DNA from: Clostridia bacterium | GTDB lineage: Bacteria; Bacillota; Clostridia; Christensenellales; DTU072 | DNA length: 64,000 nucleotides | Reading direction: 5' to 3' | Assembly (NCBI GenBank): GCA_016297005.1 | Contig: JAEDHK010000002.1 | Span: forward strand, 132,837-196,836 | Shown: piece by piece, positions 46,726 to 55,351 of the stretch | How the letters are laid out: every line of letters starts with the position of its first letter | How positions within the stretch are numbered: position 1 is the first letter of the stretch | Made by a program: the position numbers and the translations under genes | The notes under the pieces: model-generated | What the model was told of the DNA's origin: nothing | The model's database searches: none | Seen by the model: the letters and a program-made list of their open reading frames with translations, nothing else

Positions 46726-46776
46726 TTATCTGTCTCCGAAGAAAACCTTCCTCCGTTAAAAATTTATCCTGCGCTC

Positions 46777-48921
46777 TTATTCTTCCGCGTTGCCGTCTTG
46801 TTTGGTCGGCTCTTCCTCTTTTACGGATTCGGCTTCTTCTTTCTTTTCTTCCGCTTCGGATTTCTCTTCCGTTGCCGTTACTTCATTTTTTGCTTCTTCG
46901 GTTTTCTGCGAACCGCGGATCTTCTTTTTGATCTTACGGATGGCCCACATAACGAGGAGAACGATCGCGACAACAATCAGAATCCCACAAACAACGATGG
47001 CCATGATGGTGTTGGTGGTCAGCTTGATCTTCTTTTCTCCCGTCCAATCGATCTTTGTTCCGCCCTTCACTTCGGTACCGCAAAAATCGTTCCATTCTCC
47101 GTCCCATTCTTCCGGTTGTTCGCCGAGAGCAACGTTGATCTCGCCGAGATTGGAGCATCCGCTGAATGCGTATCCGCCGACGTAATCTATCGTCTTGGGA
47201 AGAGTGATCTTGGTCAAAGAAACACAGTTATAAAACGCATAGGCGCCGATCGATTTCACATCTTCCCCGATCACGATCTCGTCTATATCCTTCTCTCCGA
47301 CGCGCAATTTTTCGCCGTAATACAAAGGATTGGCTTCGGGATCGTCGAAGCGGATTCCGCACCACTTATCTACGTTTGCAATCGCTACGCCGCCGTTTTT
47401 AAGATGCAGGCATCCCTTGAACGCGGAAGCACCGACGCTTTCCAGACTTTCCGGCAAGGTCGTTTTGATAAACCCTCCGTTCACGAATGCATACGCCCCA
47501 ATAGATTTGACGCCGTCAGGCACGACGATCTCTTCCGCTTCCGCACCGTTCAGGTACAACTTCCCGGCCTGGAACAGTGGGTTAGAAATGGCGTCTTCAA
47601 ACACATATCCGCACCATGCGGTCAAGTCGTCGATATATACGCCGCTCAACTTAAAGCAGTTATTAAAGGCTTCCGAACCGAATGAAAGAGAAACCTTTTT
47701 CTCGCTATTTCTCTTGATCGTAATCTTTTCAACGTTAATACAGTTATTAAAAGCGCCTTTTCCGACGGACTCGGCGTCCTCGGGCAGTTCTATCTCGGTA
47801 ATGGTAACGCAGTTATCGAATGCTCCCGCGCCGACGGACTTCGTTTTGTCGGACAGGACGCAATCGGTCAGAGCGATACAGTTATCGAAAGCGTTATCGC
47901 CCAACGTCTCGACTTCCTGCGCGTCATTTACCGCCTGCAATTTGACACAGTTTCTGAAAGCGCCGGCGCCGATCGATCTGACCGTGCCGGGAAGGGAGAT
48001 TGTCGTCAGCCCGACGCAGTTCTCGAAAGCGGATTCGCCGACCGATCTGATACCGTCGCCGATGTCGACGTTATTGAGTCCGCAACAGTCGTAGAACATC
48101 GCCGGGGAGATATCTCCGATAGCTGCGGGGATACGTACGCTGTTCAGGCTCGTACATCCGGAAAAAGCTTTTTCGCCCACACTATTGACGGTTTCGGGGA
48201 TATCGATACTTTCAAGAGAAGTACACCCTTTGAATGCGCTTGCGCCGATCTTTTCCAGACCGTCCGGCAACGTAATGTTTTTCAGTCCGCTGCAATCGGA
48301 AAAGGCATAATCGGAAATATACTTGGTACCCGCTTCGATATCGTCGGCCGTAAGTACGGTATTGGGCGCCATATTGCCTTTGAATTCGTAAAGAAAACTA
48401 CCCACGTAAATGATCTTGCCGTTGGGCTGGTCTTTATACCAGGCGGTATCTTCAAAAGCGCCCTCGCCGATACCGGTGACCGATTTAGGCACGCTGATGT
48501 CTTTTAACGCGGTACAACCGGAAAAAGCTCCGGCTCCGATCCTCTCCAAACCTTCGTTCAGTTCCAGCGTTTTAAGAGTGGACCAGTTGAGACAGGCGTT
48601 GTCGCCGATGGTCTTCACGCCGGCTTCTATAATGAGCGTGCTGAATTCACACCCGCTGAAAACGTTTTTACTCCCGTCGCCCAGGGCGACGACCTTCTTG
48701 CCTTTGTGTTCGGCGGGGATGACGATGGGCTTATCTTTGACGACGGTACAGGCAGTCACAGTCAACGTTCCGTCTCCGTTATCCGCAGTCGTAAGGACGT
48801 AATAGTCATACCTTATTTCTCCGCAAGCAGACAGTGCCGTTACGGAAATTATTGCCATCAACGCCGTCAAAACGACGAGTATGACGAATTTAACAATTTT
48901 TTTCTGTGCGGAAGTATGCAT
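46777..48921 (-). CDS. BspA-type LRR surface protein with N-terminal lipobox and C-terminal TM + charged tail
   Basis: Start at the ATG at 48921 (AGGAGG RBS). Lipobox VTALSAC. About 15 LRR_5 units. C-terminal TM IMAIVVCGILIVVAIVLLVMWAI followed by a K/E-rich tail. Confidence 0.8.
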   Translation of the reverse strand: MHTSAQKKIVKFVILVVLTALMAIISVTALSACGEIRYDYYVLTTADNGDGTLTVTACTVVKDKPIVIPAEHKGKKVVALGDGSKNVFSGCEFSTLIIEAGVKTIGDNACLNWSTLKTLELNEGLERIGAGAFSGCTALKDISVPKSVTGIGEGAFEDTAWYKDQPNGKIIYVGSFLYEFKGNMAPNTVLTADDIEAGTKYISDYAFSDCSGLKNITLPDGLEKIGASAFKGCTSLESIDIPETVNSVGEKAFSGCTSLNSVRIPAAIGDISPAMFYDCCGLNNVDIGDGIRSVGESAFENCVGLTTISLPGTVRSIGAGAFRNCVKLQAVNDAQEVETLGDNAFDNCIALTDCVLSDKTKSVGAGAFDNCVTITEIELPEDAESVGKGAFNNCINVEKITIKRNSEKKVSLSFGSEAFNNCFKLSGVYIDDLTAWCGYVFEDAISNPLFQAGKLYLNGAEAEEIVVPDGVKSIGAYAFVNGGFIKTTLPESLESVGASAFKGCLHLKNGGVAIANVDKWCGIRFDDPEANPLYYGEKLRVGEKDIDEIVIGEDVKSIGAYAFYNCVSLTKITLPKTIDYVGGYAFSGCSNLGEINVALGEQPEEWDGEWNDFCGTEVKGGTKIDWTGEKKIKLTTNTIMAIVVCGILIVVAIVLLVMWAIRKIKKKIRGSQKTEEAKNEVTATEEKSEAEEKKEEAESVKEEEPTKQDGNAEE

Positions 48922-48957
48922 CCGACGTCCTCCTATGGGTCTCAATAAATATTATGA

Positions 48958-48986
48958 ATTATAAGTCTATTTAACAGTTTTGTCAA
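48958..48986 (-). promoter_or_regulatory. consensus promoter of the LRR gene
   Basis: Minus strand TTGACA (48986-48981), 17-nt spacer, TATAAT (48963-48958). Confidence 0.65.
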
Positions 48987-48992
48987 TGGACA

Positions 48993-49196
48993 TTATTTTC
49001 TTTTTATCGCAAAATACAGGATAGTAAACACAAAAAACGCACCGTTGACGGCGGCCGCTGCAATGCACAGCGGAAAGAACCATTCCGGCACAAAAATAAC
49101 TCCTTTGATCTTTCCGACCAGGACCCAGGTCGTCATCCCTGCAAAGACGAGATCGAACAAGACGGTCACGCCCATCAGGATAAGATAAATAAGCAT
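48993..49196 (-). CDS. small 2-TM membrane protein (67 aa)
   Basis: ATG at 49196, 4 nt after the stop of the GLUG gene. MLIYLILMGVTVLFDLVFAGM... has two hydrophobic helices. The longer 108-aa ORF would overlap the upstream gene. Confidence 0.5.
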   Translation of the reverse strand: MLIYLILMGVTVLFDLVFAGMTTWVLVGKIKGVIFVPEWFFPLCIAAAAVNGAFFVFTILYFAIKRK

Positions 49197-49200
49197 TCCT

Positions 49201-52023
49201 TTACTTGGCTTCACTTTCGAATACCTCCTTGTATGCGTCGCTTTTTTCCATCTCTTCCTCGGTGGAGTAGGCCGTTGTCTGCAAATCGTAGACTTCTTCC
49301 GGTGCGTCGTCGTAATCATTTATTTTTCCGAAACCTTTCTTATCCGTTCCGACGTAATTGTTTTTGTAATAATAAGCGTTGTTGGAAAAACTTTCTTCCA
49401 ACACGCTTTCCAGATTACTGTCATCTCCGTACATCATGATACAATACTGTTTAGCTTTTTCTCTGTTTGCCTCTTTATATGTGTACGTATACTTGACGGA
49501 ATAACCGTCCGCACTCCCGACCACGCCTCCGACAAAAGAGCCGTCGCCTGCCGCAAATTCGCACGACGAGAAGCAATGCCCAACCTTTCCCTGTTCGTTT
49601 TTACCGACGATACCTCCTAAAACGGAAGAACTCCCGGCCGTCGTCTTAACGGAGGTTTTCGAGATCTTGACGATACCGCCGGCATTATAGCCGATCAATC
49701 CGCCGATAGCGCTCTCCGCGTCCCCGGATAAAGTCCCTTCCGCTTCACATTCGCTCACAACCGCAGACGACTTACCGACGATACCGCCCGCCGTAGTCTT
49801 TTCTCCGGCCTCAATCGTAACGGTTGCGGAACATCCGCTGATAGTGGTCGAAAGGTTATTTTGATAAGAAGAGCTGCCGACGATGCCTCCCAAAAAGCAT
49901 TCGTCCCGGACCGTAGCCGTCAACGTAGAAGCGCAGTTTATGACTCTTCCGTCCCCGGTGCCCACGATGCCTCCGGCATAGCCCTTGTTGCCCGCCTCTA
50001 TCGTTGAAGTCGCGGTACAGCCTTCTATTGAATATCTGCCTAATCCGGCTATTCCTCCGACTGTAAGGCCGTTTTTTCCTTTCAGTTTGCCGTTGAATTC
50101 ACATCCGCTTACGTTAACGGTTGTCGCTCCCGCAATACCACCGACGTAATTATCCTGTTCCGCTTCGCCAAGTGAAGTAATCGACGCCGTTGACGTAACG
50201 CCGAAAACGCCCAAATAAGGAGAGTAATAATACAGTGACGTCGGCGAGGTATTGCACCCGACCGCACCGCCGAGGAAAAACCGCTGAGCGTCGCATTCGA
50301 TATTGGCCGACGTTTCGCCCCCCGTCACCTTTCCACCATTATTAAATCCGACTATTCCGCCGGCGTTAACGTCGTTCGTATCCTCGGATAAACATTCTAT
50401 CCGTACGGAAACGACAGCGTTTTCGACCGAACCAAATCGGTACGTATTGTTTTCCAGTCCATAATAATTGATACCGGCGATACCGCCGACGAACGACCGT
50501 GATTCTTTTGCTTCCGTTTTGAGAGATCCGGAAGAAACGCACCCGACGATCGTGCCCGTATTCAACGAAACGACGCCTCCGACGTAAAAGAGCGCGCCTT
50601 GCGATTTACCGGCAATTTCACCATCGAACCGACAGTTTTCTATCGTGCCCTCATTGATACAAGATATCCCTCCAAGATATACGACTTCCGATTGCTCTTC
50701 CGTCGAGTCTGTCGATTCTAACTCGCACGTTGCCGTAACCGAACCCTTAGATAAGCAGTCCGAAACGGTGCCGTAATTATGCAGGCACACGCCGGCCACG
50801 TTCGGCGACCATCCTTTCTGCGACGTCTCCTGCGACAGGCTTGCGTTGCTTTCGCACCCGGAGATAACGCCCCCTTCTTTGTTCTCGGCGACCAGTCCTG
50901 CGAGATCCGTCGTTGTGGAAGCAACTTTCCCGCTTGTAGAACATTTGGTTACCGTTCCGCTGTTTTCGGAAACCAATACGGACAGATACGCATTCCTTCC
51001 GCCCGGATTATCCGCTGTCAGATCGCACGTTATCGCACACCCCGAGACGATTCCGCTATTCTGCCCGACGAAGGCCGATATATACACGGTTTCTTGCTCT
51101 TGTTCTTCGCCTGCATTCTCTTTTTCTTTGACCGAGATCTTTCCTTTAACGGTCAATTTCACGTTTTCGAGGGTACCGGTATTCTCAGCGATCAACAACG
51201 CCAGACTTTCGCTTGTTTCCACTTCGCCCGCGTCGATCACGAATTCCACGTCCTTGATCGTACCCTCCGTTTGAGAAAAGACCGTGCCGGCGGAACTTGC
51301 GGACAAGGCCACTTTGTGTCCGTTACCGTTCAGAGAGCCCTTGAACGCCGTACCCGGGTTTACCGTCAACGTAACGTCGTCGGCGAGCTTGTAATATCCT
51401 TCGTTTTGTAGTGCGAGGACAAGCTGTTTTTCGCTGCTTATCGTAACCGGGCTGTCTTCCGTTCCTTTGTCGTTCGGCATTAAAAAGTATCCGAGCAAGG
51501 CGCAGGCAACTATGACGATCGACAAAGCGCACGCCACGTACGTCGTGATTTTTTGCAGACGCGGCGTATGTTGACGGCGTATACGAATGCGATTTTTTCC
51601 GAACTCGACGACGCTACCGAATATCGTTTCCGCCGCATAAGCGATCTCTTCACGTATTGTCTCGTCCTTATAGGCGATAGGATAAAGGGTTTTCAGGCTG
51701 TCGTGCCGACCGAGCAGGGCGAGCATGACGAGCGGAGAAACGGGCCGCCTTGCGCCGACGAACAGTCTTAAAACGCGATGAGCGCGCTTACGGAAAAGAT
51801 AATAACTCTCTCTGTCTTCTTCGACGATCGTATAACGAGAGACAGAAAGGAGCTTTTTTTCGTAGGTTAATGCGATCTTGACGCTACCGTACAGATAGCA
51901 AAGACTGAGCAGAGGAAAGCGACCGAAAGAATACTTTTCGGTATCTTTGTTGAATTCTTTTTTAAATGCGGTAAGATCGTCTTTTTTGATTGCCGCAAGC
52001 AGTTTCTTTGCTTTCTCCTCCAT
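49201..52023 (-). CDS. type II membrane protein: cytoplasmic N-domain, one TM, extracellular GLUG-motif (beta-helix-like) repeats
   Basis: RIRIRRQHTPRLQK then TM ITTYVACALSIVIVACALLGYFLM. Entry motif FKGSLNGNGHKV. Many GG(I/V)(A/V)G repeats (VGGIAGINY, AGGIVGFNNG, VGGIAGATT, IGGLIGYNAG, LGGIVGKNEQ, VGGVVGSADG). Confidence 0.65.
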   Translation of the reverse strand: MEEKAKKLLAAIKKDDLTAFKKEFNKDTEKYSFGRFPLLSLCYLYGSVKIALTYEKKLLSVSRYTIVEEDRESYYLFRKRAHRVLRLFVGARRPVSPLVMLALLGRHDSLKTLYPIAYKDETIREEIAYAAETIFGSVVEFGKNRIRIRRQHTPRLQKITTYVACALSIVIVACALLGYFLMPNDKGTEDSPVTISSEKQLVLALQNEGYYKLADDVTLTVNPGTAFKGSLNGNGHKVALSASSAGTVFSQTEGTIKDVEFVIDAGEVETSESLALLIAENTGTLENVKLTVKGKISVKEKENAGEEQEQETVYISAFVGQNSGIVSGCAITCDLTADNPGGRNAYLSVLVSENSGTVTKCSTSGKVASTTTDLAGLVAENKEGGVISGCESNASLSQETSQKGWSPNVAGVCLHNYGTVSDCLSKGSVTATCELESTDSTEEQSEVVYLGGISCINEGTIENCRFDGEIAGKSQGALFYVGGVVSLNTGTIVGCVSSGSLKTEAKESRSFVGGIAGINYYGLENNTYRFGSVENAVVSVRIECLSEDTNDVNAGGIVGFNNGGKVTGGETSANIECDAQRFFLGGAVGCNTSPTSLYYYSPYLGVFGVTSTASITSLGEAEQDNYVGGIAGATTVNVSGCEFNGKLKGKNGLTVGGIAGLGRYSIEGCTATSTIEAGNKGYAGGIVGTGDGRVINCASTLTATVRDECFLGGIVGSSSYQNNLSTTISGCSATVTIEAGEKTTAGGIVGKSSAVVSECEAEGTLSGDAESAIGGLIGYNAGGIVKISKTSVKTTAGSSSVLGGIVGKNEQGKVGHCFSSCEFAAGDGSFVGGVVGSADGYSVKYTYTYKEANREKAKQYCIMMYGDDSNLESVLEESFSNNAYYYKNNYVGTDKKGFGKINDYDDAPEEVYDLQTTAYSTEEEMEKSDAYKEVFESEAK

Positions 52024-52024
52024 C

Positions 52025-52741
52025 TTACTTCTTGATCTTTACCTTTCTCGACGCCGCCCATTTATCGATAACGGTATAGATATATTCTTCATTGACGTCG
52101 TTACTTTCGGCAATTTTTTTCAGTAGCTCGGCGTTCTTTTGCGAAGATTCTAACAGAGCGTCCACGGACGCCCGTTCTTCGGACAATTCTTTTCCCAGAT
52201 TCTCTTCTCCTTGCTTGATTGCGTCGATCTTGCGGGCGTTTTCACTGAGCACTTCGGCTACGTCCTTGTTAATAAAATCGCTCACTTTCCGTACGTTGTT
52301 GTCGTATCCTTCGAGCGAACGTTGCAGATCGCGGAGATTATAGTTTATTTTCTTTTCTTCGATCACCGCGTCCAGCTTTTTGATCTGTTCGGAAGCTTTT
52401 CCTTCGATCTCGTTGATTGCGGAAATCCGTTGTTCGGTCTTTTCGAGTAACGTTACGAGATTGTCGATCTGCGCCACGTACTTGGACGTCGCTTTTGCAA
52501 ACTGCTCTATCCGGGAAGAAAGATCGGTACTCTTTTCCGCCTGAGACGCAAGCGTTCGCGCAATCGACTGAAGATTGCTTTGCGCGCTTCCGTCGAAAGC
52601 TGAATTCAACTTCTCAATATCGTCGCGCACCCCATTATACGTCTCCAAAAAATCCGTTAGTCCGCTTTGAATGGGCGTCAGCAGATCCCGATAGCCGACA
52701 AAAGCGTCGATAAGGGTCTTTAAGTCTTCTGTCTTGTCCAT
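52025..52741 (-). CDS. cytoplasmic coiled-coil protein (hypothetical)
   Basis: 238 aa, heptad-rich, with no TM or signal peptide. Its start lies 2 nt after the helicase stop, and its stop lies 1 nt before the next ATG. Confidence 0.55.
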   Translation of the reverse strand: MDKTEDLKTLIDAFVGYRDLLTPIQSGLTDFLETYNGVRDDIEKLNSAFDGSAQSNLQSIARTLASQAEKSTDLSSRIEQFAKATSKYVAQIDNLVTLLEKTEQRISAINEIEGKASEQIKKLDAVIEEKKINYNLRDLQRSLEGYDNNVRKVSDFINKDVAEVLSENARKIDAIKQGEENLGKELSEERASVDALLESSQKNAELLKKIAESNDVNEEYIYTVIDKWAASRKVKIKK

Positions 52742-52743
52742 AC

Positions 52744-55167
52744 TTACCTTCCTTTATTCTGTTTGAATTTTCGGTTGATTTCTTTCTGATTTTCGGCGAG
52801 GCGCGCAAGGTCGGTTTCCAGGACGCGAAGAATGAGCGCGCGCGCCCCCTCGTTCTCCGTAAGATCGGGATAAAACTTTACGACGCTCGCGTCCAGCGAA
52901 CCCGCATTTCCCTTCGTGATTGCGTCCACAAGTTCTACCAGGGCTTCGTCTCCCGACAAAGAAAACATTTCTTTCGCGTCGTCCGTCATGCCCAGTTGCC
53001 AATATTTTATTCCCGCGTCGCGATAAGCGCCGTGACGAACGAATTCTTCGTTGACGTCGATACGATTATTATAAGCGCGGCGCAAAGCGTCGTCCTCGAT
53101 CTTGTCCGCCAAAAAGCGAGCGTTATCATACTGTCCGAGCCGTACGAACTGCATCGTCCGTTCGACAATCTCGTCCTGATCGACGTCGATCCTGCGTACC
53201 ACTTCGGAAAGTTGTTCAACCGCTTCTTCCTCGCTCTTTTTCTCAAAATTCTTCTTGAAGAACGTCGCAAACAACGGCACTTCTTCTCTTTCGGCCACAT
53301 ACAGATATTGTTTTGCGCGAGATACGCCGACGTAGAATAGATTGAAATAATAACGGTAGACGGAGTTTTCATCTGCCGTTTTTCGATTGATCGAGTTCCT
53401 TTCAAGCGCCCTCCACCTATCTCCGTTATCGGAAAGGACGTTATAAAGAAGCACCGCTTCCCGCTCCAATCCTTTAATTTCCGAGATGATCAGAATTTCT
53501 TGCTTTTTCAGCACTTTTCTCAATCTTTCTTTCTCTTTCGCACCCGAACAAACCACGGTAAAGTTATCGAAGTTTTCTTTGGCGATCCGTTCGGCAAAGC
53601 CATCCCCTCGTACGTACACCGCCGAGGTTTGCGCGCCGCTTTCCACGCTTTGGCCTTTCAGGACGAAACTGTGCGTTCCGAACCGGGAACGGTTAATTTC
53701 GCCGAGGGATTCGATGATTTTTTCTATTTTTTCGCTGTTGCGATAATTATGTTTCAGTTCAATCACCGACGCTTCGTCTTCCTTGAAAAGAAGTCTTTTT
53801 AAATAAGCGAAACCGAAATACGACGGATTGATCATCTGGAGAGCGTCGCCCACGCAAAAGATCCGGAAAGATATCTTTTTGAACAGAAATAGGTTGACCT
53901 GTGTAAAGTCCTGCACTTCGTCGAGAATGGTCAGAGAATAAAGCTGTCCGCATTTCTCGATCAACTTCCGACTGATGGAGTTATTGTCTTCCAATCCTTC
54001 CCTTTCCATAAACTTTCCGTAATCGACGGCGATAGAGTAGATCGCGTCGCTTTCCGCTTTGCCGAAATCGTTTTTGCGCGCTTCTATATACTCCTCTCTC
54101 GTCATACAGGGGGCGGGGCGGGCGGGGTCGTAACGTCCGTAAATCATACCGAAGATCTCTTTGTAGATTACCTCGTACGATATCTCTTTCAGTTTGTCCA
54201 ACATCCCCGTTAAACGATAGTTCTTCAAATTGCCTACGTATTCTTTAATAAAAAAGCCTTCGTCCGTTACCTCTCTTTCTCCGATATGCTTCTTATACAG
54301 ATCTTCGAGCAAAAAATAATCGACCTGCGTTTCTAAAAAAGAAATAACGGAACGGACCTTTTCTACAATTTCTTTTTCTCCATCGACGGTAAACAGGATT
54401 CCCAGGCGATTTTCAATGGCTGAACGATGGTTTTTGTCGCAAAACACGATCCGACCCTCTTCGTATTGCCGAACAAACTCGGTCAGACTCTTCTTGAAAA
54501 GATTAACGCGGGTCTTGGTATCGACGAGCAATCCTCGCGAGAAAGTGGAATACAGAACCCGACCGGCATAATCTCTGCTTGCGGCGTAGATGATCTTGTC
54601 GATACAAATATTGGTCTTTCCGCTGCCAGCCACCCCTTGTACGAGGACATTTTTGTCCTCCGTCGTCACGATCTTTCTCTGTTCGCAATTAAGCAGGGGG
54701 AAGTTTACGGCGTCCGAATGAGACAGACGATATATCTTTTTGAATTCGACTGCCGAAAAAGCGTCCTTGATCGAACGCACCGTCAACAAAAAATGCTTAT
54801 GCGAGAGCAAAAAATCGATAAAACGCTGATCGTTGGTCCGACTGCGTTTTTCCCGATCGATATATCTGAAAAAAACGATATCTTTGGGAAGCAAGGGCAG
54901 GTCGGATTCGATCTGACAACCGAAGCGAAACAAAAAAGAATGTTCTCCGCCCTCGGTCGACACGAAATAAGCGTTCTCCCTCTCTTTTACAAACGAAAAG
55001 TCTCGGAGAGACGACCATACGCCTTCGGCAATTTTAAACAAAAAATCATCCGTGCCCGACATGCGCCGGGTCTCTTTAATGAATTGTTCCGTTTTAAAAA
55101 CTCTGCTTTCCGAGGATAAAAAACTTTTTTCTGCCTCTACGCGCAACGTTCGCTCTTTTTCTGCCAT
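52744..55167 (-). CDS. UvrD/Rep-like SF1 helicase with unassigned N-domain and C-terminal helical-repeat region
   Basis: SF1 motifs in order: VQGVAGSGKT (I), TFSRGLL (Ia), ILDEVQDFT (II), CVGDALQMI (III), HNYRNSEKI (IV), IKGLEREAV (V), YVGVSRAKQYLYV (VI). Confidence 0.75.
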   Translation of the reverse strand: MAEKERTLRVEAEKSFLSSESRVFKTEQFIKETRRMSGTDDFLFKIAEGVWSSLRDFSFVKERENAYFVSTEGGEHSFLFRFGCQIESDLPLLPKDIVFFRYIDREKRSRTNDQRFIDFLLSHKHFLLTVRSIKDAFSAVEFKKIYRLSHSDAVNFPLLNCEQRKIVTTEDKNVLVQGVAGSGKTNICIDKIIYAASRDYAGRVLYSTFSRGLLVDTKTRVNLFKKSLTEFVRQYEEGRIVFCDKNHRSAIENRLGILFTVDGEKEIVEKVRSVISFLETQVDYFLLEDLYKKHIGEREVTDEGFFIKEYVGNLKNYRLTGMLDKLKEISYEVIYKEIFGMIYGRYDPARPAPCMTREEYIEARKNDFGKAESDAIYSIAVDYGKFMEREGLEDNNSISRKLIEKCGQLYSLTILDEVQDFTQVNLFLFKKISFRIFCVGDALQMINPSYFGFAYLKRLLFKEDEASVIELKHNYRNSEKIEKIIESLGEINRSRFGTHSFVLKGQSVESGAQTSAVYVRGDGFAERIAKENFDNFTVVCSGAKEKERLRKVLKKQEILIISEIKGLEREAVLLYNVLSDNGDRWRALERNSINRKTADENSVYRYYFNLFYVGVSRAKQYLYVAEREEVPLFATFFKKNFEKKSEEEAVEQLSEVVRRIDVDQDEIVERTMQFVRLGQYDNARFLADKIEDDALRRAYNNRIDVNEEFVRHGAYRDAGIKYWQLGMTDDAKEMFSLSGDEALVELVDAITKGNAGSLDASVVKFYPDLTENEGARALILRVLETDLARLAENQKEINRKFKQNKGR

Positions 55168-55351
55168 ATATATAATACTAACACATATACTTTAAATTAA
55201 CAATAAAATGTGCCCCGTCGGCTTGCGTTGCGCCGCCATTTTTTCATCGATTATCCGGCTTTCGGTTTTTTAATCATCAAAAAAAGAGTACGGCTTGCGC
55301 GGAGCTATCCCGACCCCGCCGTGGATTGCCGCGAATAAAAAATACTGTTTT

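Noticed and set aside
46798-48094. Plus-strand ORFs of 295 and 254 aa
   Set aside because: They are antisense to the LRR gene 46777..48921, with repetitive low-complexity translations.
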